Below, in pieces: positions 29,737 to 40,471 of a stretch of 64,000 nucleotides of DNA. The position numbers were made by a program, and so were the translations under genes. The notes beneath the pieces were generated by a model. It did not search any database. It had not been told where the DNA came from and saw nothing but the letters and a program-made list of their open reading frames with translations. Source of the stretch: Dehalococcoidia bacterium (lineage in GTDB: Bacteria; Chloroflexota; Dehalococcoidia; UBA2979); contig JAWKPM010000010.1 of assembly GCA_041390625.1 (NCBI GenBank), positions 42,514-106,513 on the forward strand, in the 5' to 3' direction. Numbering within the stretch: position 1 is the first letter of the stretch; the number at the start of each line of letters is the position of its first letter.

Positions 29737-31395
29737 CTAGGAGCCCGCCCCGACGTACACCGGGTAGAAGTCGACGTTGGCGAGTCGGTTCACCTGGATG
29801 TTCTTGATCGGTCCCCACGCGGCCCAGAGGTTCGTCGAGGCGCGCGTCGCCATGTAGGCCACGTCGTCGTAGACGAGCTGCTGAGCCTCGTAGTACTTGG
29901 CCAGGCGCTCCTCCGGGTCGAGTGAGGCGCGAGCCTCCTCGAGGAGTCGCGTGACGTCCGGGTTGTCGTACTTCGAGCCGTTGAGGCCGGCCGGGGCCGC
30001 GTTGTCCGGGTGGAGGAACCCGAAGAGCAGCGTGTCCGGGTTGACTGCCGGGTAGAGGCGCCCGGCGAGCTCGAAGTCGCCGGCGTTCCGGCGCTGGTTG
30101 AAGACGGCGGGCTCCACGACGTCGAACTGGAGGTCGATGCCCACCTCGGCGAGCATGGCCTGCTCGAGCAGCGCCGCGTCGTTCACGCCGGTGACGAGCG
30201 AGTGGACCGTGAAGCCATCGGGGTAGCCGGCACCGGCGAGCAGCTCCTTCGCCTGCTCCGGGTCGTAGCCGTACGGCGTGAGATCCGGGTTGTAGACCGG
30301 CATCCACGGCGGCAGGATCGACGACCACGGGCGGGCCGTGCGCGGCGTCAGCTGCTCGACGATCGACGTGTAGTCGATCGCGAGGGCGTAGGCGAGGCGC
30401 ACGTCGCGGCTCTGGAACGGCTCGAAGTCGGCGCCGAACATCGTGACGGAGGTCGCGTAGTCCTCGGACTTCGCGATCTGGACGCCCTCGGTGGCGGCGA
30501 CGCGGTCAATCAGTTCGGTGTTGCCCTGGCCGAGGTTCGACATGACGTCGACCTCGCCGTTGAGGAATGCGGTCTCCGCGGCAGAGACATCGCGGATCAG
30601 CACCCACGTGATCTTGTCGAGGGTCGGACGGCCTCGGAAGTAGCCCTCGTGAGCGAGGAGCACCATCTCGGAGTCCGGCGTCCACGAGTCGATGTAGAAC
30701 GGGCCGGTGCCGACCGGGTTGCGACCGTAGTCGTCGCCGAAGTCCTCGACGGCCTTCTGATTGACGATCTGGCCCTGGTGGTAGTTGCCGACCTGGTAGA
30801 GGAAGTTGCCGTCGGGCTGCTTCAGCTTGATGACCACGGTGTAGTCATCGGTGGCCGTGACAGAGTCGACGTTGTTGAACTCGGCGCGGTACGGGGAGCC
30901 CGTGGCCTCGTCCATGACGCGGTTGTAGGAGTACACGACGTCGGCGGAGGTGAAGGCACCGTAGCCGTGCTGCCACTGGGCGTTGTCGACCAGGTGGAAG
31001 GTGTACTCGAGGCCGTCGTCCGAGATGTCCCACGACTTCGCGAGGTCCGGCATCGGTGCGCCGGTCACCGGGTCGAAGGTGGTGAGACCGCTGTAGATGT
31101 TGAAGGCGATGTTCTCCGTCTCGATGCGGAAGAGGAACGCCGGGTCGAGCGTGCCGGGCTCGAAGTACTGGCGAACCGTGATCTCCTGCACATCGGCGAG
31201 ATCGGCGTCGCCGGCGGCGACCAGCGTGGCGGCGGCGGTCGGCGACTCGGACGCGCCGGCCTCGGGTGTCGAGGTCGACTCTTCCTCGTCGCTGCCGCCA
31301 CAGGCGATGACGAGCGTGGCCACGAACGCGAGTGTCGCGAACGCGAACACTCGAGGTAATCGAGGTAGGCGCAGCGGAATTCGCTGTGCATTCAT
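29737..31395 (-). CDS. Peptide/nickel ABC transporter substrate-binding lipoprotein (SBP family 5)
   Basis: 552 aa with lipobox LVIACGGS. Family-5 SBP length and pattern. Confidence 0.85.
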   Translation of the reverse strand: MNAQRIPLRLPRLPRVFAFATLAFVATLVIACGGSDEEESTSTPEAGASESPTAAATLVAAGDADLADVQEITVRQYFEPGTLDPAFLFRIETENIAFNIYSGLTTFDPVTGAPMPDLAKSWDISDDGLEYTFHLVDNAQWQHGYGAFTSADVVYSYNRVMDEATGSPYRAEFNNVDSVTATDDYTVVIKLKQPDGNFLYQVGNYHQGQIVNQKAVEDFGDDYGRNPVGTGPFYIDSWTPDSEMVLLAHEGYFRGRPTLDKITWVLIRDVSAAETAFLNGEVDVMSNLGQGNTELIDRVAATEGVQIAKSEDYATSVTMFGADFEPFQSRDVRLAYALAIDYTSIVEQLTPRTARPWSSILPPWMPVYNPDLTPYGYDPEQAKELLAGAGYPDGFTVHSLVTGVNDAALLEQAMLAEVGIDLQFDVVEPAVFNQRRNAGDFELAGRLYPAVNPDTLLFGFLHPDNAAPAGLNGSKYDNPDVTRLLEEARASLDPEERLAKYYEAQQLVYDDVAYMATRASTNLWAAWGPIKNIQVNRLANVDFYPVYVGAGS

Positions 31396-31435
31396 ACGGG
31401 CAGTCCCCCTCCGGGTACTTCGCTCGGAACGATGA

Positions 31436-32200
31436 CTAGACGGCGACGAGCTGCTTCACGCCGTTCTTGACGCCGATGGAGTCGAAGTAAGCCTTCGCTT
31501 CCTCGAGGAAGACGACGTCGGCGTACTTCGCGTGCATGTCGAAGAGATTGATGTAGTGCGAGGCCTGGGTGCGGTCGAACGTGCACTCCTCGACGACGCC
31601 CATGCGGAAGCGGAACGTCGCGCCGTCCACGACCGAGGCTCGGACGCACCCGCTGGTGGTCTCGCCACAGGCGATGACGGTGTCGACGCCGAGGTGATTC
31701 AACTGGAACACCAGCGGCGTACCCTGGAAGGCGCTGGCGGCGGCCTTCTCGAGGACGAGGTCACCGGGCTGCGGCGCCACTTCCTCGACGATGACCATCG
31801 ACATGCGCGCCTCTTCCTCGGTGAGGTTCGACGTGCGGTCGCCGCGCGGCTTGCCCTGGCCCTTGCGGGAGCCCCAGTGGCCCATCTGCGTCAGCGGGTT
31901 GAACGAGTCGAAGCCGTGGACGTAGATGATCGGGATCTCGTTCGCGCGGGCCGAGGCGATGAGCTCGACGGTCTTGTCGATGGCTTCCCAGCCCTCGAGG
32001 CCGGTCGAGCCGGGCCACTTCTTGATGGACTCGAAGAGGTCCTCGCGCTCGAGGCCGAGGACGCTGTAGTAGTCGTCGATGACGAGGAGCGCGGGCTTCT
32101 CGCCGAACCCGGAACGGTCATCCCCCTTCTTGCCGAACCCGGACGCGACGATGTGCTGTCGATCGCGCTCGGTCATGTACGATTCCCAGCTTCGAGGCAC
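31436..32200 (-). CDS. Isochorismatase-family cysteine hydrolase
   Basis: ALLVIDDYY (Asp of the triad) and VIACGETTSGCVRASVVDG (catalytic Cys motif). Confidence 0.75.
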   Translation of the reverse strand: MPRSWESYMTERDRQHIVASGFGKKGDDRSGFGEKPALLVIDDYYSVLGLEREDLFESIKKWPGSTGLEGWEAIDKTVELIASARANEIPIIYVHGFDSFNPLTQMGHWGSRKGQGKPRGDRTSNLTEEEARMSMVIVEEVAPQPGDLVLEKAAASAFQGTPLVFQLNHLGVDTVIACGETTSGCVRASVVDGATFRFRMGVVEECTFDRTQASHYINLFDMHAKYADVVFLEEAKAYFDSIGVKNGVKQLVAV

Positions 32201-32634
32201 TTGGAACTCCTTCCCACCACCTGTGTGGAGGTCATGTTCCGTGCGAAGCGTTTCGGTGCTGAGAACCGTCAGTTACGACTCGGTGAATGACTGATAACTC
32301 GCGCGTCTCTCCTCGTTCTCTTGTTCTTGTCGATGTCGTTTCGTCGATGTCACGGACGTTCGTCCCTTCAGTCATCGAAACGATGCTGAAGTGCGTCTGC
32401 GATACGTCGGGCGTCATACAACGTGCTTCGAACGTAGTTCCTTGAGACATCGGAGTAGCGCCGCCGAAGTGTGCGCGCAGCGTCGTTGCAGTCTCTTTGC
32501 AGTCGGCCCGTCATTCGCTCTTCATCCGGCTGTCACCGCCTCGACCTCTGGAGGCAACGCTTCGGGGGGAGTGTGTGCTGGCCAACGCTGACCCCATGGA
32601 GAAGCCATGGAGCGCCCATCAAGGAGGCCATCGA

Positions 32635-33549
32635 ATGACAGCGATGTTGAGCACGATGTACGCGACGGACCGGTTCGACACCTCGAAGGTTCGCTTCATC
32701 GACGTCGACGGGATCCAGACGCGCGTGTACGAGGACGGCAGCGGCCCGACGCTGGTGCTGTTCTCCGGCGGGCAGATCGGATCGCTCTACTCCATCGACT
32801 CGTACAGCCTCAACCTCGAGGCACTCGCGCAGGACCTCCACGTCGTCGCGATCGACAAGATCGGGCAGGGGGCGACGGCGGCGCCCGAGGCGGACGCTGA
32901 CCTCACCTGGGAAGCGACCGTGCAGCACGCGCGGCGCACCATCGAGGTGATGGGCCTCGAGGGGGTGCACCTCGCGGGGCACTCACGCGGCGGGATGCTG
33001 ATCTCGGCGCTGTCGTATGAGCTGGGCGACCTCGTGAAGTCGCTCGTGATCATCGACTCGGGGACGCTCGCCCCGACCGAGCCCGGGCCGAACTTCTACG
33101 GCGAGCTGCCGACGTTCGACCAGGGCACGATGGAGGCCGCGCGCATCGAGCCGGACACGCAGGCGTTCAAGGCCGAGCAGGTCACGGACGACTTCATCGC
33201 GCGGATGCTGGAGCTCTCCCAGGACCCGGCATTCCAGCGCATTCAGGCGCGCATGGAGAGCGGCGGCGCGGAGACGTTCCTCGCAAGCCTCGACGCGGCG
33301 CACGACGCGATCCTCGAGCGGATCGCCGCGGAGGGGCTGCCGGTGCCGACGCTGATGCTGTGGGACTACAACGACAAGTCGGCGCCCGTGACCTCGGGGT
33401 ACAAGCTGGTCGACATCATCTCGCCGAAGACGCCGTTCTTTGAGTTCCACGTCTTCAACCAGGGCGGGCATTACACGTTCCGCGAGAACCCGGAGTCCTT
33501 CAACCGCGTCGTGCGGTCATGGATCCTCGATGTGGAGGCGCGCCCCTAG
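32635..33549 (+). CDS. Alpha/beta-fold hydrolase
   Basis: ATG at 32635, 7 nt after AAGGAGG. Nucleophile elbow GHSRGG. Confidence 0.75.
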   Translation: MTAMLSTMYATDRFDTSKVRFIDVDGIQTRVYEDGSGPTLVLFSGGQIGSLYSIDSYSLNLEALAQDLHVVAIDKIGQGATAAPEADADLTWEATVQHARRTIEVMGLEGVHLAGHSRGGMLISALSYELGDLVKSLVIIDSGTLAPTEPGPNFYGELPTFDQGTMEAARIEPDTQAFKAEQVTDDFIARMLELSQDPAFQRIQARMESGGAETFLASLDAAHDAILERIAAEGLPVPTLMLWDYNDKSAPVTSGYKLVDIISPKTPFFEFHVFNQGGHYTFRENPESFNRVVRSWILDVEARP

Positions 33550-33642
33550 CGCCTCGAAGCTCGCGACCTAGGCCAGAACGCAGCACGGGCGCCCGATGGG
33601 CGCCCGTGTTGCGGCAGCAGCCGCCGGGAGGGAATCGGCAGC

Positions 33643-35151
33643 TTACGGCTCGTTTGGAAGCGGCGGCGTCGTGGTCGGCGGGACGCGGCGGTGCGTCGCC
33701 TGCTCGTAGGCGTAGGCGAACGACATCATGTCGGCGTCCGTGAACGACCGGCCGAGGAACGTGATCCCGGCCGGCAGCCCCGAGGCGGTGAAGCCGGCCG
33801 GCACCGTGATCGAGGGGACGTCCCAGAGGAACGTGTTGATGTGGGGCACGCCCTTCATGTTCACGTAGGGCGGGTTGACGCCATCCTTGATGAGGGTCGG
33901 GGTGTGCTCGACGGTCTTGTGGACGATGGCATCGAGCTGGTGATCGGCCATCACCGTGAGGAGGTTCGCCATCAGCTTCTCGCGGGCGAGGAGGTACTGG
34001 TAGTGCGCCTCGGCGGTCGGCGCGACACGCGGACGGCCGGCGCTGCGGCGGGACCAGACCTCGTCGTAGACGGGGTTCTTCTCGAGGTCGGCCATCGTCG
34101 GATACGGAGGGTTCTTGCTTCGCAGCATCCACTCGAGGAAGTTCGCCTCGCCCGGCGCACCGGCGCGTTTCGCCAGCAGCTCGTTGATGTCGGGAATGAC
34201 GATGGGGTCGACGACGACCGCGCCGGCGGCCGCGAGGTCCTCGACCGCCTGGTCGAAGACGGCCGTGACCTGCTTGAAGTCGTCCGAGTCGGGCTCGGAG
34301 TTGGCGGCGATGCTCTCGCGGATGATGCCGATGCGAGCGCCCTCGAGGCTGCGCGCGTCGAGGAGGGCGGCGTAGGACTCGGGCATGCGGCCCACGGCGT
34401 AGGCGGTCGCCGGGTCCTCGGGGTCGTAGCCCTTCATCACATCGATGAGCCGCGCGGCATCGAGGACGGTGCGGGTGATCGGGCCGAGGGAGCCCTGGCG
34501 CTCGGGGCCGCCGCCGTAGGCGCCGGCGCGACTGACGACGCCAACCGTGGGGCGCATGCCGACGCACGAGTTCCATGCGGACGGACGGCGAATCGAGGCG
34601 AAGCCCTCCTGGCCGATGGTCAGCGTGGCGAAGTTCGCGTTCGCACTGGCACCGGAGCCGCCCGACGAGCCTCCAACCGTGCGCTCGAGGTCGTAGGGGT
34701 TACGCGTCGAGCCGAAGAGCGTGCCATGCGTGTCGCCGCCACCGAGCTCGCCGAGCGTCACCTTCCCAAGGATGATCGCGCCGGCTTCCTTCACCTGCTT
34801 GATGGCCAGGCCGTCGCTGTCCGGGAAGTAGTCCTTGAACAGCACGGAGCCGAGGGTGGTCGGCATCCCCACGGTGTCGACCTGGTCCTTCACGAGGATC
34901 GGGATGCCGTGCAGCGGGCCGGTCGGGCCGCCGTTGGCGCGATACGCCTCGTCTAGCGCCTCGGCCTCGGCGAGCGCGTTCTCGTTGAGGGTGATGATGG
35001 CGTTGATGGCGGGGCCCTGCTGGTCATAGGCCTCGATGCGCGCGAGGTAGAGCTGGACGAGCTCCTTCGCAGAGAGGTCGCCGGCGGCAAATGCCTCGTG
35101 GATGTCGCCGACCGTGGCCTCGAGGAGATGGAACCGGGTCTTCGTGGTCAT
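33643..35151 (-). CDS. Amidase (amidase-signature family)
   Basis: Start MTTKTRF at 35151. GGSSGGSGA signature block and Ser-cisSer-Lys region. Confidence 0.85.
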   Translation of the reverse strand: MTTKTRFHLLEATVGDIHEAFAAGDLSAKELVQLYLARIEAYDQQGPAINAIITLNENALAEAEALDEAYRANGGPTGPLHGIPILVKDQVDTVGMPTTLGSVLFKDYFPDSDGLAIKQVKEAGAIILGKVTLGELGGGDTHGTLFGSTRNPYDLERTVGGSSGGSGASANANFATLTIGQEGFASIRRPSAWNSCVGMRPTVGVVSRAGAYGGGPERQGSLGPITRTVLDAARLIDVMKGYDPEDPATAYAVGRMPESYAALLDARSLEGARIGIIRESIAANSEPDSDDFKQVTAVFDQAVEDLAAAGAVVVDPIVIPDINELLAKRAGAPGEANFLEWMLRSKNPPYPTMADLEKNPVYDEVWSRRSAGRPRVAPTAEAHYQYLLAREKLMANLLTVMADHQLDAIVHKTVEHTPTLIKDGVNPPYVNMKGVPHINTFLWDVPSITVPAGFTASGLPAGITFLGRSFTDADMMSFAYAYEQATHRRVPPTTTPPLPNEP

Positions 35152-35462
35152 GTGTGTCGCCTTCGTCTCAGTGGGGCGTGCGTCGTTTGAGAACGAGGAT
35201 CGAGCAGCGCCGTTGCGGCCCCGTGAACGAGGTGAGACGGACACATGAACTCCGCGTCACGCGACCGTCACGTGCGGGTCGCCGTTGGGTCGCCGACAGG
35301 TCGCGGGGCGACTGCGCGCGGGCTTCAGCCGCGCTTCAGCCGCGCTTCAGCGAGGTTCAGAGGTGGCGTTCGACGCACGACTCTGAGTCATGACGTTAGG
35401 CACCGATGGTGTGAGAATCCCGCTGGGAGCCACGGCGCCTGCGTGCGTCGGTTGAGAACCGC

Positions 35463-36611
35463 ATGAAGCATCCGCAGCACGCGTTCGTCATTGGCGACAT
35501 GGACCTCGTGGCACCGCTCGGCCTCGCCGGGATCGATTGCGTCGCGGTGGCCGGGGCCAGCGAGCCAACTCGATGGTCGCGCTACGTCTGTCGCTCGATC
35601 GACGAACTCGACTCGTGGGCCGATAACGAGGCGATGGCAGACCGCCTCGTCGAGGAGGCCGAGCGCGAGGCGACGCCGCCCGTGCTCTTCTACCAGAGCG
35701 ACCCGAGCGAGCTGATGGTGTCGCGCTATCGCGAGCGCCTGGGCACCTCGATGCGGTTCGTGATCCCGGACGAGACGCTCGTCGAGGACCTCGTTGACAA
35801 GTCTCGGTTCGCGGAGCTGGCGGCTCGCACCGGCCTCGATGTGCCGATCACGGTGACGCTGACGGCGGGGACGCCCCTGCCTCCCGAGCACGAGCTGCCC
35901 TTCCCGCTGGTGGTGAAGCCGTCACTGCGGCGATCAGAGGCGTGGAAGCCGGCCGCCGGGCGCGCCAAGGCGATCGAGGTCGACACGTACGCCGAGCTCG
36001 TCGAACTGTGGCGTGACTTCGACCGGGCGGGCGTCGATATCGTCGCGCAGGAGATCGTGCCCGGGCCCGAGACCGCGATCGAGAGCTACCACGTCTACGT
36101 CGATGAGTCGGGTGCGATCGCCGGCGAGTTCACGGGGCGCAAGATTCGGACGCGCCCGGCGGACTTCGGCATCTCGACCGCCGTCGAGGTCGTCGAGCTG
36201 CCCGACGTGCTTCGGGCGGGCCGCGACGTCATCGAGCGGATCGGCCTCACGGGTGTCGCGAAGCTCGACTTCAAGCGCCGGCCGAACGGCACGCTCGCTC
36301 TCCTCGAGATCAACGCGCGCTTCAGCCTGTGGCACTACCCGGGCGCCGTCGCGGGGGTGAACCTGCCGGCGCTCGTGTACGCCGACCTCACGGGTGAGCC
36401 GCGCCCGGCAGTGAAGCCCGTGCGGCGCGCGGTGCGCTGGGTGAAGCCGTGGCACGACGCGATGGCAGCGCGCGCAGCCGGCATGTCACTGGCAGCCTGG
36501 GTGCGCTTCGTCGGCACGGCGGAGACGCGAAGCGCGGTGACGCTGCGCGATCCGATGGTCATCCTCGGGGCGGCGTTCTACGGGGTGCGGCTGGCGCTCG
36601 GAGCCGAGTAG
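35463..36611 (+). CDS. ATP-grasp domain protein (carboxylate-amine ligase-like)
   Basis: 382 aa. ATP-grasp pattern (LVVKP..., ...LLEINAR...). Confidence 0.65.
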   Translation: MKHPQHAFVIGDMDLVAPLGLAGIDCVAVAGASEPTRWSRYVCRSIDELDSWADNEAMADRLVEEAEREATPPVLFYQSDPSELMVSRYRERLGTSMRFVIPDETLVEDLVDKSRFAELAARTGLDVPITVTLTAGTPLPPEHELPFPLVVKPSLRRSEAWKPAAGRAKAIEVDTYAELVELWRDFDRAGVDIVAQEIVPGPETAIESYHVYVDESGAIAGEFTGRKIRTRPADFGISTAVEVVELPDVLRAGRDVIERIGLTGVAKLDFKRRPNGTLALLEINARFSLWHYPGAVAGVNLPALVYADLTGEPRPAVKPVRRAVRWVKPWHDAMAARAAGMSLAAWVRFVGTAETRSAVTLRDPMVILGAAFYGVRLALGAE

Positions 36612-36639
36612 GCGCCTAGGGAGGGCGCGCCGGGCCGGG

Positions 36640-37368
36640 TTAGCCGTCCTCGCGTGGCACGCGACCGGTGACCTCGAGGGCACGATGCTTCACCCACTTG
36701 AGGCCGAAGTAGCCGACGAGCGTCGGGCGCCGGCGCTTGATGCCGTTGATCACCTCGGCGGCCATGATGTCGCTCTTGCGGGTGCGTCGGGGCGTGGGGC
36801 ATCGCGGCGTGCCGCGCAACGTCTCGAGGATGGTCGGACGGTCCTCGTACTCCGCGACCACGAGATTGAGCTCGTTCGGGCGGTGAAGGTCGGCGCCGTA
36901 GGCGGGTGTCGCGCCGTGGCGGCCGCAGAGCTCGAGGGCGCTGGCGTCCTCGGCGGGACTACAGCGGCCGTTGAACACCTCGATGACGTCGGCGCCGGCG
37001 GCGATCGCCTCGACGTTCGTGTGGCTGCGGTAGGGGTGCGGGAGCCAGATCAGGCCGCCGCGCTCGCGGACGACACGCTGGAGGTCGTCCCAGCGCAGGA
37101 GTCGATCGACCTCGGGCGGCGTGCCGTCCTCGAACGCGACGAGCACGTCACCGAGGTCGGTGCGGATCTCGGCGGCGACAGGGGCGCGCAGCGGCAGGTG
37201 GTCGCGCTCGATGAGCGCTCGCAGCTCGAGCGAACCGGCGAAGCTGTTGTGGTCGCTCACGACGGCCAGCTCGATGCCGCGCTCGATGAGCATGGAGGCG
37301 AGGCGCGGCACGGAGACGGTGCCGTCCCACGAGTGCTCGGTGTGGATGTGCGTGACGGCGCGGCTCAT
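36640..37368 (-). CDS. PHP-domain metal-dependent phosphoesterase
   Basis: HIHTEHSWDG ... VVSDHN ... polymerase/histidinol-phosphatase-type His/Asp motifs. Confidence 0.7.
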   Translation of the reverse strand: MSRAVTHIHTEHSWDGTVSVPRLASMLIERGIELAVVSDHNSFAGSLELRALIERDHLPLRAPVAAEIRTDLGDVLVAFEDGTPPEVDRLLRWDDLQRVVRERGGLIWLPHPYRSHTNVEAIAAGADVIEVFNGRCSPAEDASALELCGRHGATPAYGADLHRPNELNLVVAEYEDRPTILETLRGTPRCPTPRRTRKSDIMAAEVINGIKRRRPTLVGYFGLKWVKHRALEVTGRVPREDG

Positions 37369-37425
37369 CGGCCCGAGCGTACTCGAGCGAAGTTCAACGA
37401 GCAGCGGGCTCGGGCGTGAGCCGGG

Positions 37426-37965
37426 CTAGGACTTCGGCTGGTCCTTGCCGTGCTTGCCGGAGCGGGTGCGCGGGGTCATCTGGTTGTTCGGGGCGCGGCG
37501 ACGGGCGAGGCGTCGACGCTGCTCGGTGTCGACGACGCGCTTCTTGAACTTCAGCGTCTCCTGCTCGACGTAGCCGTCGGTGATGGCCGGCTCGCCCGAG
37601 GCGATGGCGTGCAGCTGCGCCTCGCGGCGACGTTGCAGCTTCTCGTCGAAGGCCTCGCGCTCCTCGATGCTCGGGAGCTGCGGCGGGCCGTTCTTCTCGT
37701 AGACGAGCTCCGGGTGGTCGCCGGGCACTACCGTGCCGCGAATCGGCTGCTGGACTTCCTTGCCGAGGTGCCAGTGCGTGCCTCGGTCGGGGAGGCGGCG
37801 GGGGTAGCCGTCGCGCATCGTGAAGATCTGGAGGTCCGTCGACAGCACGCGCTCGGAGTCGCCGTCGCACTCGGGACACGGTGCGACATCGTTGGCGTCG
37901 CGCAGGCGGCGCAACTGCTCGAAGACGCCGTGGCAATCGGCGCAGTAGTACTCGTAGATGGGCAC
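37426..37965 (-). CDS. FmdB-family zinc-ribbon protein
   Basis: GTG start 6 nt after GGAAGGAG. VPIYEYYCADCHGVFEQL...CPECDG is the FmdB CxxC...CxxC signature. Long basic C-tail. Confidence 0.7.
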   Translation of the reverse strand: MPIYEYYCADCHGVFEQLRRLRDANDVAPCPECDGDSERVLSTDLQIFTMRDGYPRRLPDRGTHWHLGKEVQQPIRGTVVPGDHPELVYEKNGPPQLPSIEEREAFDEKLQRRREAQLHAIASGEPAITDGYVEQETLKFKKRVVDTEQRRRLARRRAPNNQMTPRTRSGKHGKDQPKS

Positions 37966-37994
37966 GATGCGCTCCTTCCGGTGCTTCCCGCAGC

Positions 37995-40409
37995 CTACAC
38001 GGGCTCCGAGGCGACGACGCGATCTGCGAACAGGACCTCGGTCTCCTCGGGGGAGTAGCCGAACTCGCGCAGCAGCTGACGGGTGTGCTGGCCCGCGAGG
38101 ATGCCGGCGCCCGCCCTGGACGGCGTCGCCGACAGCTGGACCAACGGCCCGTGACGCCAATAGGCGCCCCAGCGGAGGTGCTCGACCTCCGCGATGAAGC
38201 CGTTCTCGAGGACGTGATCGCTGGTGTCGAAGAACTCGCCGACGGTGGCGGCGTCCGCGCGAACGCAACCGACGTCCTCGGCGAGCATTGACTCCCACTC
38301 GTCGGCGTCGCGCGCAGCGAAGCACGAGGCGAGGAGGGTGGCGAGCTCCGCGTCGTGCTCACGACGCGCCTCGGCGGTCGCGAAGCGGGCGTCGGCGGCG
38401 AGGACGGGGCCCATCGCCTTCGCGAGCGCCTCCCACTCGCGGTCGGTCAGGCACGCGAGGAACACCCACGTCTCGCCGGCCGCCTGGTAGAGGCGGTACA
38501 GCGCGCCGAGACCATGGAGCTCGGGATCGGCCGTCGGGCGCGGCGCCTTGCCCTCGTACGACACGAAGTCGTCCAGGTTCGCGTAGGCGTTGGCGCCCAT
38601 CATGTTCATCTGCACGTGCTGACCGACGCCGTGCATGCGCTTCGCGAAGAGTCCGAGCATCGCGCCGGTGGCGATCACCATCGAGGTGTTGGGGTCCGGA
38701 TTCACCTCGTTGGCGCGCATGAGGCGTCGAGCGGTCTCGCGCAGCACCTCGACGTCATCGGAGACCGTCATCGCCGCCTCGCCGCCTGCCTGCATGTAGG
38801 CACCGCCGAGGGCCGCGCCGGGGATCGGGTGCGCGTTCGGGCGATGCGCGTACGGGCCGTCCGAGCCGTAGCCGGTCGCGGACACGTAGACGATGCCGGG
38901 GTTCAACTCCTTCACCTGCTCGTAGCCGATGCCGAGGCGCTCGGGCACGCCGGGGCGGTAGTTGTGGATGAGCAGGTCCGCCTTCGCGACGATGCGCTTC
39001 GCGATCTCCTGACCTCGAGGGTCCTTCAGGTCGATCGAGATGCCCTCTTTCGTGGCCGTCGTCTTGGCCGCGCCGGCGCCTTCGAGCATGCCGCGCATCT
39101 GGTCGCCGGCGATGGTCTCGATCTTGATGACGCGCGCCCCGAGGTCGCCGAGCAGCGAGCAGGCGTAGGGCGTCGCGATGATCGTGGCGAGCTCGACGAC
39201 GGTGACGCCCTCGAGGGGGCGCTTGAGCAGCGTGTCGTGCTCGGCGCGGGCCGGGCCGGCCGTGCCGGCGCCGCTCCACGCGGGATCGGCGTGCTCGCCC
39301 GGGCGGGGGATCTCGGCGGAGGGCGCGGCGGGCGTCTCGAGGAGCTTCGCGGCGGGGCCGATCTGCTTCATGTGGCCGAAGTCGCGCGTCTCCACCTCGA
39401 TGACGTTGCCGTTGTGGATCAGCTGCGGGTGTTCGAGGGCGGCCTGCGTGTCCTGGAACTTCTCGCTGGCGACGTTGCCGTTCTCGATGAAGGCGGCCAT
39501 CCACTCATCGGACGTCCGCTCGCGCATGCGCAGGAGGATGCGGTCGCGCAGCTCCTCGCGAGCCTCCTCGGTGTACTGGTTCGGGTTGCCCTGGTAGCGC
39601 TCGTCGGCATAGATGTCGAAGAGCTCGGCGACCTGGATGAATGAGTGGTAGAGGTGCTCGACCAGGTTGCCGAGCTGGATCCACTGACCGTCCTTCGCGA
39701 GCACGGGGTGGTACTGGAGCGTCGGCATGCGGCTGAACTGCGCGTTCGGATCGACGACGAAGCGGTCCGGGAACTTGCGCATCAGCTGGCGCACGAGGAG
39801 CTGGCTCAGGTCGTACGGCATCATGCCCTGCAGCAGGCTGGTCTCCACGACCTGGCCTCGGCCGGTCTCCGCGCGCGCGAGCAGCGCGGCGAGGATGCCG
39901 TGCACGGCCGACTGCGAGGCGACGTGCGTGCCCACCTGGACGTAGGCGTACGCCGGCCCCTCGCGGGGGAGCTGGCCGGCGAAGGTCATCATGCGGCCGG
40001 CCTTGGCCGCGACTACGCCCTCGTAGCCCTTGTAGTTCGCGAGCGGGCCGCGCGGGCCGAAGCCGCTGACGAGGCAGTAGACGAGCGCCGGGTTGAGCGC
40101 GGTCAGGGTGGCGGCGTCCGCACCGAGGCGCTCGAGGGAGGCGGGCCGGCCCGAGGCGACGACGACATCGGCCGAGGCCACGAGATCCTCGAGGGAGCGC
40201 CGTCCGGCGTCAGTGGCGAGGTCGAGCTCGACGCTGCGCTTGCCTCGGAGCCACATCGGTGCGGCAGCGAGGCGGCGGAAGGGATCGCCGCCCGGACGCT
40301 CGACCTTCAGGACGTCGGCGCCGAAGTCGGCCAGGACCATCGTCGCGATGCCGCCGGCGGGGCCGGACGAGAGGTCGAGAACGCGCACATCCTCGAGGAC
40401 GGACGGCAT
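37995..40409 (-). CDS. Fused tandem family-III CoA-transferase (two CaiB/BaiF-like modules, 804 aa)
   Basis: ATG at 40409, 5 nt after GGGAGGAG. Module 1 is VRVLDLSSGPAGGIATMVLADFGADVLKVE. Module 2 is VTVVELATIIATPYACSLLGDLGARVIKIE. Each carries the family-III pattern. Confidence 0.8.
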   Translation of the reverse strand: MPSVLEDVRVLDLSSGPAGGIATMVLADFGADVLKVERPGGDPFRRLAAAPMWLRGKRSVELDLATDAGRRSLEDLVASADVVVASGRPASLERLGADAATLTALNPALVYCLVSGFGPRGPLANYKGYEGVVAAKAGRMMTFAGQLPREGPAYAYVQVGTHVASQSAVHGILAALLARAETGRGQVVETSLLQGMMPYDLSQLLVRQLMRKFPDRFVVDPNAQFSRMPTLQYHPVLAKDGQWIQLGNLVEHLYHSFIQVAELFDIYADERYQGNPNQYTEEAREELRDRILLRMRERTSDEWMAAFIENGNVASEKFQDTQAALEHPQLIHNGNVIEVETRDFGHMKQIGPAAKLLETPAAPSAEIPRPGEHADPAWSGAGTAGPARAEHDTLLKRPLEGVTVVELATIIATPYACSLLGDLGARVIKIETIAGDQMRGMLEGAGAAKTTATKEGISIDLKDPRGQEIAKRIVAKADLLIHNYRPGVPERLGIGYEQVKELNPGIVYVSATGYGSDGPYAHRPNAHPIPGAALGGAYMQAGGEAAMTVSDDVEVLRETARRLMRANEVNPDPNTSMVIATGAMLGLFAKRMHGVGQHVQMNMMGANAYANLDDFVSYEGKAPRPTADPELHGLGALYRLYQAAGETWVFLACLTDREWEALAKAMGPVLAADARFATAEARREHDAELATLLASCFAARDADEWESMLAEDVGCVRADAATVGEFFDTSDHVLENGFIAEVEHLRWGAYWRHGPLVQLSATPSRAGAGILAGQHTRQLLREFGYSPEETEVLFADRVVASEPV

Positions 40410-40471
40410 GGCAGCTCCTCCCGCTGTGCGCGCCCTCGATGGTGGGTCGCGCCTCGTGTGGCTGCGTCGCG

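Noticed and set aside
33500-34576. 358-aa minus-strand ORF, and the plus-strand ORF 33691..34956
   Set aside because: These are alternative frames of the amidase gene (33643-35151), which has the definitive GGSSGGSGA signature.
37450-38058. Plus-strand ORFs antisense to the FmdB and CoA-transferase genes
   Set aside because: No motifs, and the opposite strand has strong RBS-anchored genes with family signatures.
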